IMG/VR virus record: IMGVR_UViG_3300017784_003111
Location: 1 to 28,194 of that record
Direction: 5' to 3' (one strand)
Source of the DNA: a virus
Taxonomy: Duplodnaviria > Caudoviricetes
Length of the DNA stretch: 28,194 nt
Below the pieces are notes generated by a model. It saw only the letters and a program-made list of their open reading frames with translations, did not search any database and had not been told where the DNA came from. Numbering within the stretch: the stretch's first letter is position 1; the number at the start of each line of letters is the position of its first letter. A program made the translations under genes and the position numbers. Positions 1 through 9,200 of this stretch are shown piece by piece.

Positions 1-1
1 C

Positions 2-58
2 ACCACCAATAGGTTGGTTGAGGGAATTGTAACTATCAATCCTCAGGTGACCAGATGA
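2..58 (+). CDS. 3' end of upstream virion structural gene (partial; ...TTNRLVEGIVTINPQVTR*)
   Basis: Open frame from the window edge to TGA at 56-58, overlapping the next ATG (ATGA). The C-terminus resembles the 'RxVEGIVTVxPxVTR' ending I recall from a small protein preceding fibre genes in T4-like phages. Confidence 0.7.
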   Translation, partial: TTNRLVEGIVTINPQVTR

Positions 59-279
59 AAATTACCGTAAAAGATCGCCTAAAAGTCACTGTAAAGAATC
101 GCAATGATGTTGGAAAAGTCGTCTTCGGTAAGATATCAAAGGTTGAGGATTTAATTTTAGGTAACATGTCAGATGTGGACACATCGCAACAACAAGATGG
201 ATATGTTCTCGTCTACGACCAACCAACCAACAAGTATTCATTTAGAGCCATAGAAATTGTGGACGGTGGGTACTTCTAA
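55..279 (+). CDS. small tail-fibre-associated protein (74 aa) with L-x-x-x-SDVD...DGYVLVYD motif and C-terminal DGGYF
   Basis: ATGA coupling upstream and TAA abutting the next ATG. The 'SDVD..QDGYVLVYD..TNKY' and terminal 'DGGxF' motifs are typical of small fibre-region proteins of environmental T4-like phages (recalled). Confidence 0.75.
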   Translation: MKITVKDRLKVTVKNRNDVGKVVFGKISKVEDLILGNMSDVDTSQQQDGYVLVYDQPTNKYSFRAIEIVDGGYF

Positions 280-3200
280 ATGAGTGCGAATAACACCACG
301 ATTCTTGTAAAGAGATCATTTGCAAATAACACACCAACTCCTCTCAAAGAAGGAGAATTGGCGTATTCGTTCGCATCGAATAATCTGTTCATAGGAAATG
401 CATCCAACTCAGCAATTGTAATTGGCGGCGCCAATATAGTAGCCAGAGTCGTAACAATAGAATCTGGTGTTTATATTGCTCCGGCATACAATCAAGCCAA
501 TACTGCTTATGCCCAAGCGAACACAGCCCTTTCTACAGCTCAATCTGCATATAATCAAGCAAATTCTGCTGCATCTACTGCCGGCAGTGCATATGCTGAA
601 GCTCTTATAGCAGCAAACACAACTCAAGTGCGTGCCAATGGCGCGTTGAAAGTATCAAACGCTGCATTAAATTTTAACAATACATCCACAATACGAGTCG
701 ATGTTGTTTCTAATGGAACTGGATTGGCGAACGTCAGCTTCGCATATATCGGGGAAACTGGGATTGCTTCCTTTCCAACCAAATCGACTGGTGGAACTGT
801 AGTCACTGCCAATGGATTAAACTTCGTTAACTCGGCAACAGTTGGAATAACTGTCACTCAGGGAATTACTGGAAACGCCAACATATCCTTCACCACTCTT
901 ACTGGTGGTGGAACATTAACTCAAGTAGATACTGGAGTCGGGTTAAGTGGTGGTCCGATAACATCGTCAGGAACTATATCTGCTAACATAGCCAACACAA
1001 CGATTCGAGGTGTCACGAAACTCATTGATTCTGTGACGTCAACGGATGCCGCCAATGCTGCTACTGCTGCGTCCGTCAAGACAGCATACGATCAGGCTAC
1101 TAGCGCATTCGGACAAGCAAATACTGCCAACACAACTGCTATATCAGCCTACGGGCAGGCTAATGCTGCATATAGCCAAGCTAACTCTGCTAATTCTATT
1201 GCGATAACTGCATATGGACAAGCCAACTTAGCATATACTCAAGCAAATACTGCGAACGCAACTGCTGTTTCGGCTTATGGTCAGGCTAACTTGGCTTATG
1301 CTCAAGCAAACACTGCTAACTCTATTGCTATTTCAGCCTATGGACAAGCGAATGCTACATTTACAGCTGCCAACAATGCTGCTAATACAGTTCGTGTTAC
1401 TGCCAATTCCGGTTCAGCTCAATCTGCAGTCAGTCTGAACTTTATAAACACAGCATCTGTATTGGTTTCGGTTGGCGCTGGATCGACAGGAAATGCGAAC
1501 GTCAGCTTCTCTGCAGTTGCTGGAACGACTGCTGTTGCTGGTATTCTACAATTAACAGATTCAGTCACCAGTACAAGCACGATAACCGCTGCCACTCCGA
1601 ACAGCGTCAAGAGCGCATTCGATCAAGCAACATCAGCATACACTCAGGCTAATACTGCGAATACAACAGCAGTATCTGCATACGGTCAAGCGAATGCTGC
1701 TTACACTCAGGCTAATACTGCTAACTCTATTGCAATATCCGCATTCAATCAAGCTAATGCTGCATTTGCAGCTGCCAATAATGCTGCCAATACTGTTCGA
1801 GTAACTGCTAACTCCGGCTCGGCTCAATCAGCCGTCAGTCTGAACTTCACCAACACCGCATCTGTTCTTGTATCGGTAGGAGCAGGTTCTGCAGGAAATG
1901 CGAACGTCAGCTTCTCTGCTGTTGCTGGAACGACTGCTGTTGCTGGTATTCTACAACTAACAGATTCAGTTACTAGCACGAGCACTACGACTGCTGCCAC
2001 GCCGAATAGCGTCAAAGCTGCATTCGATCAGGGCACTTTAGCATATGGACAAGCCAACACTGCGAACACAACAGCAGTATCTGCATTCAATCAAGCGAAC
2101 GCTGCTTTCACTCAAGCCAATACTGCTAACTCTATAGCCATATCTGCTTATGGGCAAGCCAATCTCGCGTTTACTGCAGCGAACAGCGCCGCTAATACTG
2201 TTCGAGTAACAGCCAATTCAGGATCAGCCCAGAGTGCAGTTTCTCTAAACTTCATTAACACCGCTTCTGTTCTGGTTTCTGTAGGAGCTGGTTTGACTGG
2301 TAATGCGAACGTCAGCTTCTCTGCTGTCACCGGAACGACTGCTGTTGCTGGTATTCTACAATTAACAGATTCAGTCACCAGTACAAGCACGACAACAGCG
2401 GCAACACCAAACAGCGTCAAGAGTGCATTCGACCAAGCAACTCTGGCATATGGTCAGGCTAATACTGCGAACACAACAGCAATATCTGCATACGGTCAGG
2501 CTAACTTAGCATATACTCAAGCCAATACAGCTAACTCTATTGCGATATCAGCATACAATCAAGCTAACTTAGCATACGCTCAAGCCAATACAGCTAACTC
2601 TATTGCGATATCAGCATACAATCAAGCTAACTTAGCATATACTCGAGCCAATACAGCTAACTCTATTGCGATATCAGCTTATGGTCAAGCAAACCTTGCA
2701 TATACTCAAGCCAACACCGCTAACTCAATAGCAATATCAGCATACAATCAAGCTAACTTAGCATATACTCAGGCTAATACTGCGAATACAACTGCTATCT
2801 CAGCATACGGTCAGGCTAACTTAGCATATACTCAAGCCAATACTGCTAACTCAATAGCAATATCAGCATACAATCAAGCTAACTTAGCATATACTCAAGC
2901 CAACACCGCTAATGCCACAGCCATATCCGCATATGGTCAGGCAAATGCCGCGTTTGTTACAGCGAACAATGCAGCCAACACTGTTCGAGTGACGGCTAAC
3001 TCTCTATTCGCTCAAACAGCCGTCAGCTTAAACTTCATCAACACCGCATCCGTTACTGTTTCCGTTGGCGCAGGTGCCACTGGAAATGCGAACGTTGGAT
3101 TTAGTGCTGTTGCTGGAACGACTGCTGTTGCTGGTATTCTACAATTAACAGATTCAGTTACCAGCACGAGCACTACGACTGCTGCCACACCGAATAGCGT

Positions 3201-6200
3201 CAAGAGTGCATTCGATCAAGCCACAGCTGCATATGGTCAGGCGAACACAGCAAGTTCAACAGCAGTATCAGCATACGGACAAGCAAACCTAGCTTACGCT
3301 CAAGCCAACACTGCGAACACAACAGCAGTATCTGCATACGGACAGGCAAACTTAGCATATGCTCAAGCGAATACCGCCAACACAACCGCTATTTCAGCAT
3401 ACGGTCAAGCAAACCTAGCTTACGCTCAAGCCAATACAGCTAACTCTATCGCCATCTCAGCCTATGGTCAAGCGAACCTTGCATACACTCAAGCGAACAC
3501 TGCTAATTCCATAGCGATATCTGCATATAATCAAGCCAATCTCGCATATACTACTGCCAACACTGCAGCCAACACCGTAAGAGTGACAGCTAACTCTGGA
3601 TCAGCGCAATCAGCCGTCAGTCTGAACTTCATCAATACAGCATCTGTTACTGTTTCTGTTGGGGCTGGTTCAACTGGCAATGCCAACGTTGGATTTTCGG
3701 CTGTCTCCGGTTCAACGACCGTAGCTGGTATTCTTCAACTTACTGACTCCGTCACTAGCACCAGTACAACAACCGCTGCCACTCCGAACAGCGTCAAGAG
3801 CGCATTCGATCAAGCAACATCAGCATATACTCAGGCTAATACTGCGAATACAACTGCTATCTCAGCATACGGTCAGGCTAACTTGGCTTATGCTCAAGCC
3901 AATACAGCTAACGTAATTGCTATCTCAGCCTATGGTCAAGCAAACTTAGCATACGCTCAAGCAAACACTGCTTATGGTCAAGCAAATGCTGCTTATGGTC
4001 AAGCAAATGCTGCCTTTGCTGCTGCCAACAATGCTGCCAATACTGTTCGAGTGACAGCTAACTCTGGTTCTCTACAATCGGCTGTTAGTCTGAACTTTAT
4101 CAATACGGCATCCGTTATTGTTTCAGTTGGGGCTGGTTCGGCTGGAAATGCTAACATCGCCTTCTCTGCAGTTGCTGGAACGACTGCTGTTGCCGGTATA
4201 TTGCAACTGACTGACTCAGTCACTAGCACAAGCACCACAACTGCCGCCACTCCGAATAGTGTTAGAACAGCTAACTCAATTGCAATATCAGCATACGGTC
4301 AAGCAAACCTTGCATATACTCAAGCGAACACTGCGAATTCTATAGCCATATCCGCATATGGTCAAGCAAACCTTGCATATACTCAAGCCAATACAGCTAA
4401 CTCTATTGCGATATCCGCATATGGTCAAGCCAACTTAGCATATACTCAAGCCAATACTGCTAACTCTATAGCAATATCTGCATTTAATCAAGCCAATGCT
4501 GCATTTACGACTGCCAACAATGCTGCTAATACAGTTCGTGTTACTGCAAATTCTGGATCAGCTCAATCCGCCGTCAGTCTGAACTTCATTAACACTGCAT
4601 CTGTTCTTGTGTCGGTAGGAGCAGGTTCTGCCGGAAATGCTAACGTCGGGTTTAATGCTGTTGCCGGAACCACTGCTGTTGCTGGTATTTTACAATTAAC
4701 AGATTCAGTTACTAGCACAAGCACGACAACGGCAGCAACGCCCAATAGCGTTAAGACTGCATTCGATCAAGCAACGTTGGCATATGGTCAGGCTAATGGT
4801 GGTTACACTCAAGCAAACTCGGCATATACTCAAGCCAATACTGCAAACTCAATTGCCATATTAGCTTACGGTCAGGCAAACTTAGCGTATGCTCAAGCCA
4901 ATACAGCTAACTCTATTGCTATTTCAGCCTATGGGCAAGCGAATGCTGCATTTACAGCTGCCAACAATGCGGCGAATGGCGTAAAAGTATCAGCCAACTC
5001 TGGTTCCGTTTTCTCCAATGTTTCATTGAACTTTGTCAATACCGCAACGGTTCAGGTCTCGGTCACTTCCATTGTAGCTGGTATTGCTAATATTGCATTC
5101 ACTTCTACTTCCGGCGGAACTGGAACTGTAACTCAAGTCAATACCGGAACTGGTCTTGCTGGTGGACCGATTTCTTCTTCCGGAACAATATCAGCTAATA
5201 TAGCCAATACGACAGTTCAAGGCGTCACAAAACTCATTGATGTTGTAACGTCGACAGATTCGGCTAATGCTGCTACTGGCGCGGCTGTAAAAATTGCGTA
5301 TGATCAAGCAACGAATGCATATGGGCAGGCAAATGCTGCATACACTCAAGCCAATACTGCTAACTCTATAGCCATATTAGCTTACGGTCAGGCTAATGCT
5401 TCCTTTTCTGCAGCCAACAATGCTGCTAATACAGTTCGTGTTACTGCAAATTCTGGATCAGCGCAATCAGCCGTCAGCTTGAATTTTATCAATACATCAT
5501 CCGTTCTCGTTTCAGTTGGAGCTGGATCTACAGGAAACGCGAATATCGCCTTCTCTGCTGTTTCCGGTTCAACAACTGTAGCTGGTATTCTTCAACTTAC
5601 TGACTCGGTCACTAGCACCAGTACGACAACCGCTGCCACGCCGAATAGCGTCAAGAGTGCATTCGATCAAGGTAATTCAGCATACACACAGGCTAATAGT
5701 GGTTACACTCAAGCAAACTCGGCATATACCCAAGCAAATGCTGCGTATACTCAAGCCAACAGCGCAAATTCAATTGCAATATCTGCATACGGTCAGGCAA
5801 ACTTAGCATATACTCGGGCAAATACTGCTAACTCTATAGCAATATCAGCCTATGGTCAGGCAAATGCTGCATTTACAGCCGCCAACAATGCTGCAAATAC
5901 TGTAAGAGTAACAGCCAACTCTTTATTCGCACAATCGGCTGTCAGTCTGAACTTCGTCAATACCTCTACTGCCGTTGTCTCTGTTGGACCTGGTTCGACT
6001 GGCAATGCCAATATTTCTTTCTCAGTAATTCCCAAGTTCACGACTGAAATCAACACAACTTCCAACCTCAGTGTTACTGGAACAGGAACATTCCGTGGCG
6101 GTGTGAATAGTGGATATGAGGCAAAACCAACATACAAGTTTAACATAGACTTCGGTGCTGATGTTGGAGGAACGTGGAGAAGATTCATTGTTGCCTCTTT

Positions 6201-9200
6201 GGTTGACTTTCAATACTCAACGATTGGATTTAAGATAACAATAACAGATCCGAATACAAATCAAGCGTCAACTGGTTCAGTAGATGCAGATTTTGAAACA
6301 TACATGGTCGCGTGTGTTCGTACAAATGATGTGACTGCCAACACTCCAGATAGCTGTATTGTTCGCGGAGCAGGAAACAGAATACGAGGCGTCAAAACAG
6401 CAATCGGTAGTTATGAAATACAAATTCAAAATGAGGCACAATATCGAGAATATTTGGTGCAAGTTGAATGTTATGCTGTAAATGGCGCCCACGCAATAGC
6501 ATATGAAAGTGGTGCAACAGTTGGCGCTAGTGATGCAAATACATCAAACGTTTTCTTAGCTTCTATTGGGGCAAGCACAAACTATTTTGAAAGAGTAGAA
6601 GCCAAGAGCAGGGTTGTAGTCACTGCCGATTCCGCTACAGGTAATACCGATACAGTTATAACTCCAGCAAATATCTTATTACGGGCAAACGTCACAAATG
6701 GAAGTCCCAACGCCACAATTCAATTGTACGCCTCCCCAACGCTCGGATATAGCGTACTCGAAATGGGGGCGAGTTTGGGGAATTACATCGACTTCAAATC
6801 TCCGTCGTCGGACGATTTCGATTATAGAATTTTTTCTGATGGTGCAGGCGCCGCAGGCGGCGGATTAATCATATATGCTGGTAGTTCAACAACTTCATTA
6901 AACGTATTGAATATTATCGGCGGAAACGTCAGCATCGATTCTGGCACGCTGTTTGTTGATTATCTGGCGAACCAAGTTGGTATAGGAACTACATCACCAA
7001 CATCAAAACTACATGTTGTTGGCGACGGAAACATAACTACGAGTTTGATTGTTTCTGGATTAAACGTAACTCCAACCATAATCGCTGCATACAATCAAGC
7101 CAATGCTGCCTTTGCTGCTGCTAACAATGCGGCGAATGGCGTAAAAGTTTCTGCGAACTCCGGTTCTGTTTTCTCCAACGTTTCACTGAACTTCGTCAAT
7201 ACTTCAACCGTAACAGTCTCTGTGACTCCTGGTGAAGCGGGTGTTGCGAATATCTCATTTAGTTCTTCTGGATCTTCTGGTGTCACATCACTGGCCACCG
7301 GATTGGGGCTTTCCGGTGGTCCAATTACTTCCACAGGAACCATATCAGCAAACATAGCCAATACGACGATTCAAGGCGTCACAAAACTCATCGATGTTGT
7401 AACGTCGACAGATTCCGCTAATGCTGCCACAGCCAACTCAGTAAAAGTAACATTCGATCAAGCAACATCCGCATACGGCAAAGCCAATACTGCTCATGAT
7501 ACAGCCGTTTCTGCATATGGTCAGGCGAATGCCGCTTATTCTGCAGCCAATAATGCTGCTAATACAGTTCGTGTTACTGCAAATTCTGGATCAGCGCAAT
7601 CAGCCGTCAGTCTGAACTTCACCAACACCGCATCTGTTCTTGTATCGGTAGGAGCAGGTTCAACAGGAAATGCCAACGTCAGCTTCTCTGCTGTTGCTGG
7701 AACGACTGCTGTTGCTGGTATTCTTCAACTTACTGACTCCATCACCAGCACCTCGACGACAACTGCCGCCACTCCGAACAGCGTCAAGACTGCATTCGAG
7801 CAAGCCAACGCAGCATATGCTCAGGCTAATAACTCAGCGAATACCGTAAGGGTGACAGCTAACTCTGGTTCGGCTCAATCTGCCGTCAGTCTGAACTTTA
7901 TCAACACCGCATCTGTTCTTGTATCGGTAGGAGCAGGTTCAACTGGAAATGCTAACGTTTCGTTCTCGGCTGTTGCTGGAACCACTGCTGTTGCCGGTAT
8001 TGTTCAGCTGACTGACTCTGTTACTAGCACGAGCACTACGACTGCTGCCACGCCGAATAGCGTCAAATCGGCTTTCGATCAAGCAACGCTTGGATATGGT
8101 CAGGCTAATAATGCCGCTAATACTGTTCGAGTGACAGCTAACTCTCTATTCGCTCAATCAGCTGTCAGCCTAAACTTTATCAATACGGCATCTGTTCTTG
8201 TGTCGGTTGGCGCTGGCTCGGCTGGAAATGCAAACATCGCCTTCTCGGCAGTTGCTGGAACGACTGCCGTTGCTGGTATTCTTCAGCTGACTGACTCAAC
8301 TACCAGTACGAGCACCACTACTGCTGCCACACCTAATAGTGTTAGAACAGCTAACGTAATTGCTGTCTCAGCCTTCGGTCAAGCCAATACAGCTTATGGA
8401 CAAGCGAATGCTGCTTATGGACAAGCGAATGCTGCTTATGCCGCTGCCAACAATGCAGCAAACACTGTAAGAGTGACAGCTAACTCTGGTTCGACACAAT
8501 CTGCTGTCAGTCTGAACTTTATAAACACCTCTTCTGTTCTGGTGTCCGTTGGTGCTGGATCTGCTGGTAATGCTAACATCGCCTTCTCGGCTGTTGCTGG
8601 AACGACAGCTGTTGCTGGTATTCTTCAGCTGACTGACTCAACTACCAGTACGAGCACTACTACTGCCGCTACACCGAATAGCGTTAGAACAGCTAACGTA
8701 ATTGCTATCTCAGCCTACAATCAAGCCAACTTAGCATATGCTCAAGCAAACACTGCTTATGGGCAAGCCAACGCAGCATATACTACTGCCAACAATGCAG
8801 CTAATACTGTAAGAGTAACAGCTAACTCTGGTTCTGCTCAATCAGCTGTTAGCCTGAACTTTATAAACACCTCTTCTCTATTGGTTTCCGTTGGTGCTGG
8901 CTCTGCTGGTAATGCTAATGTTTCATTCTCGGTTCAGTTGACTGACTCTGTCACTAGTGGCAGCACCATAACAGCAGCAACTCCAAACAGCGTCAAGAGT
9001 GCATTCGACCAAGCAACACTTGGATATGGTCAAGCAAATGCTGCTTATGCTGCTGCTAATACAGGATTGAACAAAGCCCAAGTCTCTGCTAATGGTGGTT
9101 CGGTTCAGTCGAACGTTGGAATCAACTTCAACAATACATCGACTGTGCTCGTCTCCGTTGGTCCTGGAACGACTGGCAATGCCAATGTATCGTTCTCAGT

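Noticed and set aside
1090-5900. Ice-nucleation or antifreeze protein (Ala/Thr/Ser-rich repeats)
   Set aside because: The periodicity is 7/21 aa (coiled coil), not the 8/16/48-aa AGYGSTxT repeat of InaZ or the 11-aa Thr repeat of type I AFP. Phage fibre knots are interspersed.
1265-9050. Regularly spaced DNA repeats as a possible CRISPR array
   Set aside because: The repeats are in-frame, degenerate at codon third positions, lack unique spacers and lie within one ORF.
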